Under the pieces are notes generated by a model, which had not been told where the DNA came from, searched no databases, and was given only the letters and a program-made list of their open reading frames with translations. Positions 52,139 through 63,452 of a stretch of DNA of 64,000 nucleotides are shown piece by piece. The DNA comes from Polymyxa betae A26-41 (Eukaryota; Protista; Endomyxa: Phytomyxea), in assembly GCA_003693705.1 (NCBI GenBank), contig RBZT01000781.1:93510-157509 (forward strand), in the 5' to 3' direction. Positions within the stretch are counted from its first letter, which is position 1. Each line of letters starts with the position of its first letter. Position numbers and translations under genes: made by a program.

Positions 52139-53789
52139 TTATTCCAGTCTTTTGAACTTGCGCCATTCTTGAACGGTAAGTATTCTCTGAAATTCGTGCC
52201 GATTAGCGTACTTCGGGGGTACCCGAGCTGCATTCGGATGCAGATCCAGATAAGTCGATTTGCGCGCCACCGGCTGCGGAGGTGCTCGAACATCGATTCG
52301 CAAGACATTCTCGTGCGCTTTGGCTAACTTCTTGAGAGCCTGGTTCATGAATTGGTATTCGAGTCGCGAGGGAGTTGTGTCGTGATCATCGCCACCAGCG
52401 CTGGTTGGCGTGCGCGAGCTGATTGGAGGCCGAGCGATCGGTTCCATTGGCTGAACGAGAAGATTGGCTAAATCGCTCTTCATATCAAGCAGTTTGTTTG
52501 CTTGACGAATTTTGCGATTCAGCACGTCGACAGTGTTGTCCTGGCGGCGTTTTAGCGTTAGAATATACTCGTTTAGCGAGTCTAATCGGCTTTCAATCTC
52601 GCTCTGTGAGTAATCATAAGCTACAGAAGCGTTCAATAAACTGAGGATTCCCGACCTGTCGCTTTTTGTCGCCGCTTTCAATGGCAATTTGAAGCTCGCG
52701 TTGAAACAACAGCTTCTGTTGTGTCATGTTATGCGACTTTCCAGCACGAAGGGCGTTCTTGCGCTGGACCATTTCGTCGATCATCTCCGGCGTGTATTTG
52801 AAAGTTCGACGCAACTTTTCGGCAGCGAGTTTCATAGCGATGCACTGGCCGATTGTCGGCACAGACAAGCCATCGTTCTGTTGGGCGCGTATCCATTGCC
52901 CAGCTTCGTTCTTATCAATGCCATGATTTGAAACCTGCGTGATCTTGAAAGTCTTTTCTGAAGCCCCGAATGCAACTCGCAGAGCTTTCGACGTTTCCTT
53001 CGTGCCACACATGTACGTTCTGGGATAATCTGTGACAGATACAATCACAACCGCACGATAAACATGTTCTCCCGTAGTGTCATTGGTGCCTAGGCCGATT
53101 CGACAAAACATGCCTTTAACGACATCGTCGAAGAAGGGCTCCTCCACGAGCGATTCCAGCCGATCCCGTCGTAGCTGAACAGAGCGCATCGTTTCATAAT
53201 CGATGGGATCGTGGGCGTCACTACGAATTGTCAGCAGATCCACAGCTGCTTCTCGTGATGGGGACAAAGTCATACGGCGACCTTGCGGCACTTCGTTATC
53301 TCGGAAATCGTCTTCATCAGCTTCATCGCTTTCAGCATCTTGCCATTCTTCATCGTCTTCCGAATGTTCGCGAACGACCTCGCTTTGACGTGCCCGAATC
53401 TGCTTGTTACGGCGACCTCGAATATCCTGAATGGCCTTATCTTTACCAGTTTCTGCCTTTTTCTGACGTTTAGCTCGAGTAGAGGTCGGTTGCTCTACTT
53501 CCTGCATACTTTCACGTCGTTTGCTTCGTTGTTCGAGACGCCATTTTGCCTGGGCTTCTCGTCTCTCTTTTGATTTATCTAGCATTTCCTTTCGCTTAAG
53601 AAGGATCTCTTCTCGTTGTAACTCGGGCATGGCCATGAGATTTTCCCGATCTTCATCGTCAATGAATAGGTCGGGGCCAAAGTTTAAAGCGGGGTCTGCT
53701 TCATCACTGGACAAGTCGGATGAAGAGGACATCGACGACAACGATAAGCCCTCTTCAAGCAGGGCCATAGAATCTTCGACGTCCGGCAT
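52139..53789 (-). CDS. RTF1: RNA polymerase-associated protein RTF1 (Plus3 domain)
   Basis: DDEDRENLMAMPELQREEIL, LRRDRLESLVEEPFFDDVVKGMFCRIGLG and a C-terminal LTVQEWRK. One intron. Confidence 0.92.
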
Positions 53790-54412
53790 GGCTGAACAAT
53801 GTCGGCAGCTGCCACGTTATAACAAAATTTCGGAGTGCCTGAACGATATCTCAACAGTCCTTACGACAGGACGACAGAGGAGTGTTGTGTGTGCCAAAAA
53901 AGCATGTTAAAAACTGCGCCTACATTTCGGAAAACTAAAAATCTGACATTTCTCATCGAATTGCATATCCCAGTCCTACTTTCACATCCGAATCGATATC
54001 GCTATCTGGATGGGCTGCTTTCGTTAAACCAGATTGAATCTATACAACTGACTAACAGTAGACGCGGCATCAGGACATTCTAACGAAACAATATAGGGCC
54101 AAACACCAATCTGTACACAACCCAGATAAATTATAAATACTGTTGGCGGACGGTTTCCAAGCTGTGTCCAGAATGATTATAACTCAGATGCTTCCGATCC
54201 AGTGACAATTTTTAATAGAATTTTAACTCTCCGCCCGATCGCGAGGGTCGAGAAAATATTCAACATCAGTTGTCTCGTATTGAAAATTATAATAGGGGGT
54301 TATTGTAATTATTACCTACTCTGGCTTGGATTTTCGACTGAAAAACCTAATTTTGGCGTAAAAACCTGTTTTTCCGTGGCATCCAAACGCGCCCTTAGCC
54401 CTGATTTCCATC

Positions 54413-55107
54413 GTGTCTATATTATAGACACCACGGGGTTTCTCCAAAAAACGCCGACGATGGCTCATTTGCCCTTATTATAGACACTGAGGGGAGGTTC
54501 CTGAGGCAACTTTGATTGACATTACTGACGAACCGGTTCAAGATAATCCAGTTTTTCTTGCATAATTATTTTAAGGAAGTCTAACTGAAGTTCCGGTTGA
54601 TTCATTTTAGAAAACTGATATTTGCTAAAATGTGAGTGGTTGTGTCACGCTAGGGTTTTCCGATCGAGTAGGATTTATTCAATTAACATGGTCTTTGTGA
54701 GATTCTGCATAAAGACAATATTGACTTGTCCCTTGATGAGGTGTTATAAAACGTTTCGCTCGACGAAATCGCCGAATACGGTGACGAGTGTGATCTCAAT
54801 AATGACGATACGCAATGGCAGCATCTGAAGCTGAATCAATTCGGCAACGTTTCCCTTTCGTTGACAACGGATCATGGGTAACTTCTTTCAGTTGCAAACC
54901 AAGAGATCCGAGCTTTTTGCAGAAATGCCAGATAACATGCAATCAGGTCGAAGGTTTCAGGCCCGATCCGTGAAAATCGGAAGTCAGCATAACCACAAGC
55001 TCTACAAAGTGAGCAATAAATGAAATTGTTCAACCTGGTCGCCGCAGGGCTCGTTGTCAGCCTTAAAAGTTAAAATCGACGACGCAGTTAGTGTCTATAG
55101 ACACTAA
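54413..55107. repeat. Recurring palindrome GTGTCTATA/TATAGACAC (54413-54431; half copy about 54478-54488; perfect 20-bp TTAGTGTCTATAGACACTAA at 55088-55107)
   Basis: Read directly in the 1.6-kb divergent RTF1-USP intergenic region. Confidence 0.75.
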
Positions 55108-55432
55108 GGAATTTTGATAGGGGACTCCGTGGCCAAAAATTGCGAAAAATCGGTCAAGCAAAACATGGCGTGAATTCCAGCTCTAGTTTAGAAAAATCAA
55201 AGCTTTTGGATCGTGGACAGCCAATCCTACTGCGATTCGTTACAAATTTAAAAAAAAAATGATCGGAACGAAGATATTTTACGCTAAAAGATGGAGTGCG
55301 TATCAGGGTTAGGGCCACTTAAATGCGGCATAAGTGCATATCTAGCGGTTCAAACAACGCTCTATAAAATTCTTTTCGAATCCGTTTTCGTAACTTTAAG
55401 AGGGTGCGCGCTTTTTACATTCATTTGGCAGA

Positions 55433-56058
55433 ATGGTATCGCGCTCTCTCATCATCTGCTTGGACGAATCGCAGGAGTCTGCTCGCGCTTGGGCTTGGGC
55501 ATCCCAGAACATCTTACGTTCCGGTGACCATGTCGTCTTGCTGACGGTCGCCGTCATGGACACGTCGAGCGTTTCGGATTACAGCATGCTTGCCTTGGCT
55601 GCTGATGATATTGCTCCATCAGGCGCTCTCGATGAAGTTGCCTTAGAGACAGCACGAAAATCAACTATGGAAGCTAATGAGGCGTTTATGAACCGGATGC
55701 TGGCAAAGGCCCAGGCTGATTTAAAGGCGGCTGGCGGCCCCAATATCCAGATTGAAGGCAAAATTTTGACACAGACCGGGTCGGTCGGCGAGACCATCGT
55801 AGCGTTTCTGAATAGTGGACGTCTTGAGAAGGCAGCCGCTGCGGTCGTATGCGGCTCCCGAGGATTAGGGGCTTTCAAACGAGCCATGCTCGGAGCTATT
55901 GGAATGGGTTCAACCAGCGATCATCTCAGTCACAACCTCCATATCCCGGTAAGGCTGCTTCTATGTTAAAATACTTTCCAGAAGTTCATACATGTTAGGT
56001 GATCGTTGTTCGGGAGCCTTCAACTGAAGCCACGGGGGCGCACTACAAAGGTGCTTAA
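55433..56058 (+). CDS. Universal stress protein A (UspA) family
   Basis: IICLDESQESARAWAWA, GDHVVLLTV, VCGSRGLG...GSTSDHLSHNLHIPVIVVR. One intron. Confidence 0.93.
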
Positions 56059-56762
56059 CTGGATTGCAACCAGTTAGAAGCAAGAAAGGAATTGTTCAAA
56101 AGCCTCCGAATCAGATTTGTTTTCGTAAAAATGTGAAAATCCCCCATCTTTAATTGAATGCTTTTTTAGGCTTTAGTGACCGTTGTTCCAGAAAAAATGA
56201 ATGCTGGCCATCATATGAAACACACAACACGCAAACATGAATACGTTTGCCCTTTTAATAATTGGATGGAAACAATACAGAATCAGAAAGCAATTGAGAA
56301 GTTCAATGGCAGTTGGATTTGATTCTCATTGGTTTTGCAATACTGGGTATACACTTGACATTACATACTCAGATGTCGGGATGCGGACGCTTATAGGGGT
56401 TAAAGTGGGAATACAGGAACTCTTCGCCATGACAATGCTACTGCTTTTGAGCACGACTAATAGTTTCGCCGATTGGTTCGTTTGCTAAATTTTTACAGAA
56501 TGCGTTGGTGGCCAGGAACAGAGTTCATATAAAGCAACGAAATGGCGACACGACAACGTCAAGTTTCAACACAGAAGCTAAATTGGAATGGAGTCTGGAC
56601 CGATGTTCTATTCTATCAATCCAACGTACAAACCATATTGGAACTTGACAATCTTATCGACTACTACATGCAAGATTTCAAAATTGATGGTGTTTATGCA
56701 ATCATCAACATGACGGAAAGTAATCCATTGGGTTATGGACAAAATTCCGAACTTCGATCGAA

Positions 56763-57860
56763 TCAACAATTTGAAGATGAAATCTGCTCGAGAAGTTCCT
56801 CCTGGAACTTCAGCCAGCTGAATCGCGCGTCGAATCTGACGTCGTACCTGGCGCAAATTCGTCATCAGAGTGAACCGTGACGAAGATGTGGCCGTACCAG
56901 AAATTGACAGCGATGGTGGCGCCGTCCATTCCTGCAGTCTGCCTCACTTGATGGTACCAAAATGATGGCAGATACAGAAGATCGCCCTCTTCGACATCAA
57001 CCTAACCGTGCATTTAACGTTTGAAAACTTTGACAAGGCGAGGTGAGAATTCCTTCAATGGCGTGGCATTGACGAACAACGGAAACTTCTCCAGATCGGG
57101 TTGGTCGGGGTCGACCTGAACCCAAGGAACCTCGCCCTTATCAAGGTCTTGGATCTCAAACCCGCCATCCGGACGCTGATCGTACCGACCCTGGCGACAC
57201 CGGCGCCGGTACAGGTACGGCGCGTCCGTTGGCGGCAACAACGTGAAATGTTTCCGGCCGCGTACGACAGCATACAAGTTCTCGTAAGGGTCGGCGTGCG
57301 TCGAACTGACGGCGCGATCGTCACCGATCCAAAGGTTGATGGCGTCCGGGGCGGCGCCGAATGCGGTCTTTGCGAGGTCCGGCTCCGAGATATCGTCCAG
57401 CAGAAGGGCGAATTCGTCGCGAAGACTGTCACATTGCTTCTGGGCGTACGGAACCGGCCGCCGCTCCGCCAGCATCGTCCAGAGCGACGACAACGTCATG
57501 GTTCGTTCCAGCGGCTGCACGAACCGATCGTCGACGATGCGGTCGCCACGTCCGTCCGGTGTCAGCGCCACCGTGATCGGCGAGTCGCCAACCGTTGAAC
57601 ACAAATACTCTCTCGACCATTTCGTGAACGCCGGCCAATGACGGCATCCGCCGCGGACAACGACCGGCACATTCAAGGCGACGTAATCGCGCAGGAACCT
57701 GATTGCATCAAAATCGGCGACATCGACGACGGCAACTCGGCTGGGGACCCACAGCTCTGCATATCCTTCAGCAGAGCGTCAAACGGATTGCATTCGTACC
57801 AGCCGCCTCCTGGCTCATTCGCACGAAGGCTGCGAGGACGTCGTCATAGTTGACGACCAT
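56763..57860 (-). CDS. JMJD7: JmjC (cupin_8) 2-oxoglutarate/Fe(II) hydroxylase, JMJD7-like
   Basis: VALTPDGRGD, PDAINLWIGD, STHADPYENLY (HxD), GDLLYLPSFWYHQV and AVNFWYDVRFD. Three introns, one with an atypical donor. Confidence 0.88.
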
Positions 57861-57941
57861 CAATCGGCGCACTTTCGAAGACAGACAAATCGCAGAAAAA
57901 AACAATGACGGATTCTGTTTTTATTTTCGGACAAGAAATGC

Positions 57942-60397
57942 TTATTGCGATGTTGTTGCTGGATTGGATTGGCCACAATAAGCAGCACGCCACGAGACGA
58001 TCTGTTCATCCGTGATCTTCGTGAAGAGGACCTGCGGGGTGCCGATCTCGTGATCGGCCGGTACGGCGTCCGTGTTGAAGAACGACTGGCCGTCGGCGCC
58101 GCCTTTCAACGATAAGACGTCAGGCGATACCTTGAGCTGATTCAAGATACTATTGCAACTTATCAGAGGGATGAAAAAACTGGGCAGTGGCAGGTTACGT
58201 TGCCGTGAGACTGGGCATGTACGGCTCGATCAAGGTGGCGATCAGGACGACAGCGGCGACGCCCAACGCGACGATGGTACCAGCGCGTTCGAGCTGGCCC
58301 TCCTTATGCAATTTCCAGGGCTGTTGATCCTGGAAGTAGAGATTACACCGTGAACAGGCTGCCATGGCTGTCTTTAGAGCGTCCTTGATAGAGACCAGCT
58401 CAAGATCTGAACCAAGACCACGTTTAGCAAACAAGCGGAAATTCCTCTGATAAGTTTCTTTGAAAACGAGAAAGTCAAAACGTTGAACACGAAAACTTTG
58501 GATTTGTAAGAAACATTTCAGGCAAATAAAACCAAGGACATTGGCAGTATTGGGACGCGTTCTCGTTCATATCGGCGATAAAGGCGTCGTCTTCGGGGGT
58601 GAGGGCGTGCATGGTTGGGATTTTGCCGCCGAAAAATTTCGTGACGAAGACCAGGGCGCGGTTCACGAAGTTGCCGAGATTCTTCAGTAATTCCCCGTTA
58701 TTCTTCTGCTGGAAATCATCCCATGTAAATACAGTATCTATGCAGCATATCACATTCATTTCAACGACCATAACACCAGCTGGCCCGAACCTGAGTTTTC
58801 GGGACGATTCACGAGCAGGTAGTAGCGCCAGACCGATGACGACACGCCCGTTAGCTGGGCGGTGTCACCAAAGACACCGACACCACGGCTCTTGGAGAAC
58901 TACAAAATCATCTTCAGAAAACGAAATACCAAACAACGAGGATACCGTTCAGAACGGGCGAAACCGAAACCGATGCGAAAATTGTTACAAAAAAGTAAAG
59001 CGAAAAGAAGGTCGGGCTGGATAGACCTTTCCGCTCTCATAGTTGAGATATTCAGTTGTACTGATATGATGCAACATCGTGTATCCTTGATTAGCTCCCA
59101 TCAACATGGACGGGAAGATCACCGTATGAAAGGGGATATTATCCTTGCCCATGAACTGGACCAGTTCAATCTTCGTATTCGGGTCCGGGTTCTTCCACCA
59201 ACGCTCCCATTCCGGCGTGTACGCCGCCGTAATCGACAGGTATCCGATCGGGGCCTGGTCGCAACAATCAGAGCGGGGACCAGCACGACGACGATTCCAT
59301 ACATCGAACCAGACATAGAACACCTTGTCGCGGTATCCGTCTTTAGGGACCGGGATGCCCCATTTCAGATCACGCGTGATCGAGCGCGATTTCAACCCAG
59401 TCGCCAGCCAGCCGCGTGTCACCTGGACTAGGGTTAGGGTTTTAGGGTTAGGGTTGGACACGGGAACCCAGCACCTGGATGGAGTTGGCAGACCAGTGTC
59501 CATCGACGGATTGTTGATCGATCCATTCAGTGAGCGGTTCCTGACATTTCGGTAGATCGATGAACAGATGCTTGGACGACTTGACAATGGGTCGGGATTT
59601 ATCAGCAGCACAATATGGGTCCTTAAGAAGGATCGCGTTCATCAGATGACCACAACCGTCACATTGATCGCCATGAGCGCCAACATACCCACAATCCGGG
59701 CACGTTCCTGAAACCGTCAGCGCGCAGGTCAGCAGCAGGGGCGTACTGCTCCCCTACCTCCAACGTATCGATCGGCGAGGAACGACTGGCATTGTTCACA
59801 GTACAGCTGCTCGACAATGTCCTCATGGATGATACCGGCCGCCTCACATTCATGGAAGATGTTCTGGACGATCTCGGTCTGGGCCGGCTCTGACGTCCGC
59901 CCAAATACATCGAACTAATCAAGATCGGATCAGCAATCACAGCAGCACAGATCGCACCCCCTATCTACCTGAATATCGAACCTAATATGCACAGATGAGA
60001 TTGGGCGGGCCAGTACGGGGAGGGGATAGGCGGTTTACCATTTGTAAACGTCGGCGTGCAGAGCGTGGTATTTATCGCAGATCTGTCGGGGTGGGAGACC
60101 TTCCTGGATAGCTTTCTGTTCGGTAGCGGTGCCGTATTCATCAGTACCGCAGACATAGATGACATTATAGCCTATAATATGATGGGGTCATACATGGGGT
60201 GATGGGGTCCAGGCTCCTGACACCATACCTCGAAGGCGGGCGAATCTCGCATACACATCAGCGCTCAGGACACAGCCGATGATGTTGCCGAGATGCGGGA
60301 CGTTATTGACATAGGGCAACGCCGACGTCACCAGGACATTACGCTGGCCCGGTACAGGCAAGATCGGAGTCGCCTGCTGTATGCTGGGATTAGTCAT
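57942..60397 (-). CDS. MARS: Methionyl-tRNA synthetase (eukaryotic cytosolic type)
   Basis: [18 protein letters not shown] (HIGH), [46 protein letters not shown] (KMSKS) and NLGNFVNR. About ten introns. Confidence 0.96.
59429..59455. repeat. Telomere-like tract TAGGGTTAGGGTTTTAGGGTTAGGGTT inside MetRS intron 59423-59474
   Basis: The 52-nt intron restores [13 protein letters not shown]. The tract makes up about half of the intron. Confidence 0.92.
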
Positions 60398-61398
60398 GAC
60401 TGAGCAGACGCCAAATGGTCGCAGATGGAAAGAGACCCAGAACAGGGGCAGGAGTGACGCAGCCCACACTATTACGCAATCCGTAGATCACAAGTTCATC
60501 ACCCCGATTCGGTCACGTCCGTTTTAGGCCTGCAATATTTCACTAAGCTGATAGGAGTGCGTTCTGCCATGTAGTGTAGCGCTACTTAAAGACATCTTCA
60601 AACCATCTACGAGATCGTCCTCCCTCAGATAGTCCTCGAGCATAGAGCGTATGCGTTGGACGACTTCCTGGGTGGGCTTCAGGCCTGACAAAGCAGCACA
60701 TGGTTGCAGTTGCTCGGCGGCTTTAATCTTGGCCTGATAATCGGTCCCAATCACCCCTGGCTTAAGAACTGGCGTTCTACGACCTTAATATTTATTACCC
60801 TGAGTTGCTTCACAACTTGCAGTTCCGCTAAACTCAGTAGTCAGCTTTATTACTGTCTTAGAACAAACTAGGATCGGATTATTGAATTCGACTAGTATGA
60901 TGGTATCAATGGGCGGTGCTGTATGCATAGCATAAGTGCTGAGGCACGTTGGCTTATTACCTTTGTGATCATCAGGAGCTCTTACTTCCGTTTTCGCCCT
61001 CCTTATTGAAAACGCGGAATTTGGTTCAGCCCATTTGGACTTTATAAATCGCTCATCAACAGTTGCATTTAGTTGCCGTGAAATCTCCCCCAGATACAGG
61101 CTCGTTCCATTTGCAAGGATTTATTCAACGTTTGCTGGGTATTCCATCAATGTCACCTTTGAGTCTAACCACATAAACGCCTTATGAGAACCCTCGACTC
61201 GCATATTCTAATAGAATTATTAACTTCAATAATGCATCGAAATATTCCAGCCGGCTTAATTTCTTCTCAGCGGCAGACAAGTCGGAATGGTGGGTTGCGA
61301 TCTGTGGTTTTTATCCTGCCAAAAGTAGTTGAGTCATGGTGGTTGACGTCATGGTCTTTGTCATTCTTGATTTCGATCCAGTTCCTGTTTATGATTTT

Positions 61399-62202
61399 AT
61401 GTTTACGATGGCGGCGACCTGTTGGCTGTTTCTAGCTTTGGTCGCTGTCCATTTCGTATCCGGAGCCGATAACGGCGTCTGGAAAGGCGACGATGACAGA
61501 CCCGAACGTCACGAGCATCACTACCCGCAACCTCCATTATCCGATCAACCATTGCTGAACGCCAATACATCCGCCCCAGCAACGAACCTACCCCGTTCTC
61601 TGAACGTCCTCGAAAGCGGTCATATCCAAGAGCACCACCGCCCGCGAGAGTACGATAACAAAGATGATGACATCGTCGTACGGCACGGGAACAACCGCGA
61701 CGGCTTTGTCAACACGATCGTCGTGGATGGGAAGGAATCCGACCCTGATTACGACCTGATCGAATACGAGAGCTATGCTGGTCCATATTACGACGACTGG
61801 CATGATCACGGAGATGAGCGGCATCACGAATCGCACCGCCGACACGACGACGACGACGACGACTACGACGATGCCGAATTCCGGCGAAACGCGCATGACG
61901 ACCTGGTTCAGCACGCCCAAGCGCCGTTCAATGACGAGCTTGACCGAGATCGGCGATACAGCCATCTACCGAAAGTCAATGATGACGATCACGTCGACAC
62001 CGAGTTCGAATCGGAGCCGCGACATCGTCCGTTGGGACAGCACGTCATTCACGATCTGACCAACGGTGACGACGACTATGATGGTGATGAGCACGGCAAC
62101 AGTCACGATGTGATCGCATTGCCGAAATTCATGGCTCCCATGTCTCATGGAGGTAATGATAATGCCGCCATTGTCATGATTGGAGATGTGACTCCATCAT
62201 GA
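61399..62202 (+). CDS. Secreted Asp/His-rich low-complexity protein
   Basis: Signal-peptide-like MAATCWLFLALVAVHFVSG-AD, followed by a mature region rich in D/H/E/R (e.g. HDHGDERHHESHRRHDDDDDD). Single exon. Confidence 0.75.
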   Translation: MFTMAATCWLFLALVAVHFVSGADNGVWKGDDDRPERHEHHYPQPPLSDQPLLNANTSAPATNLPRSLNVLESGHIQEHHRPREYDNKDDDIVVRHGNNRDGFVNTIVVDGKESDPDYDLIEYESYAGPYYDDWHDHGDERHHESHRRHDDDDDDYDDAEFRRNAHDDLVQHAQAPFNDELDRDRRYSHLPKVNDDDHVDTEFESEPRHRPLGQHVIHDLTNGDDDYDGDEHGNSHDVIALPKFMAPMSHGGNDNAAIVMIGDVTPS

Positions 62203-62229
62203 GAGAGAGAAAGAGAGAGAGAGAGAGAG
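62201..62229 (+). repeat. (GA)n microsatellite immediately after the stop codon
   Basis: gagagagagaaagagagagagagagagag. Confidence 0.9.
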
Positions 62230-62990
62230 TGGACCCCTCTAATAGTGCTCTTTCTCTCACACACAATCTCTATGTGAATGTGCGATTCAGCTTTAAACCC
62301 CGAGCTTATATCCCTGTGTTATTTCACCAATACACGAGACGTTGTTAGTTTCCAGTCATGTTCCATTAATACAGTGCTTAGCTGGTTCAGTTCGCAAATA
62401 ACACGATACGATTATCGTTAGAATAGAGGTTCACTCGACCCTGCCTCTCTGTTTGCATCAAAAAGGGTCGTAATAGACCAGAAAATGGCCGATCTCGAAG
62501 GTCATATATTTCAACTTTGTTTTTGATTTTTTGGGCCTGTGGCGATTCTAATGGCAGTCCGGAGAATATTTGTTTAGTTTCGTCCAGTATTCTGCTCTTG
62601 TAACCAAACTGCTTTTATGGTCAATGGAAACGCAGGAAACCCCAAATGGTTACGCTACATTTTGTAAAATCTTTTCTTGTCAGTCGAGAAAAGCGTTTCT
62701 GCGCAGTCCACGCACGCTGGTTTCGTGACAGCACTTCCATAAATGCAGATAAATGCGTCAGCAACATGGAATAAATTTGCGTACTTTTGTGAATCATTTC
62801 TGGTCTGTGCTTGAAATCACCGATTTTGTCGTCATTGATACAAGCCAGAATGGGATGTTCAGCCATCCTTAAATGTTTCACGATTAAGCATTTCTGAAAG
62901 TTCTCGTAATAACGTCTAAATATCGATCAGCAATGGTCGCAAGGGTGGGTTAGTGATGGCGCCGACCCCGTGACGGCATTCCGGCATCCA

Positions 62991-63339
62991 ATGAGCTTCT
63001 GGTCGAGATCGTCGCAGCCGGAGCCGGAGCCGGCACCGGCCGTCCCCGGTCCCGCCCCGGATACGCCCAGCTTGAAGGAGGCCCGATATCAGATCGAGGG
63101 CGTTACCGATATGTTCAACAGGTCGGGGGTCATACCGGCCGTTGCGCTGCTCGTGATCGTCTCGTAGAATGAACGAATCGTGTTTCGAGAAATGCATCGG
63201 GAAGATGAACGATCCGGAGCTGAACATCGGCGAGATGAGCTGTATTGATCGCTGTGTCCTCAAGTACATGCTGGCCCAGAACCAGATCGGCATGAAGTTG
63301 CGTCAGGAAACCGTGCAACAGCAGCAGCAGCAGCAGTGA
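62991..63339 (+). CDS. TIM10: Small Tim chaperone, TIM10
   Basis: EGVTDMFN/RMNESCFEKC...LNIGEMSCIDRCVLKY (twin Cx3C) with a poly-Q tail. One intron. Confidence 0.88.
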
Positions 63340-63452
63340 TTTTGTTGGTAAATTGTTACTGCTGATTATGGTCTCTCATGACTGATTCTGCATTTAGTGC
63401 ATATCGATTGTATTCTGTTTTTGCAGTGTAATATATCATTGATTTAGAATCT

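Noticed and set aside
56237-56880. Plus-strand ORFs (83 and 112 aa) between USP and JMJD7
   Set aside because: No consistent splice model or homology, and partly antisense to the JMJD7 last exon. Unresolved.
60398-60469. In-frame GTG-initiated N-terminal extension of MetRS as a mitochondrial presequence
   Set aside because: No upstream in-frame ATG before a stop, and the peptide has only one Arg.
60524-60754. Minus-strand ORF with IGTDYQAKI (ELM2-like)
   Set aside because: Single short motif, with no ATG start or upstream exons established.
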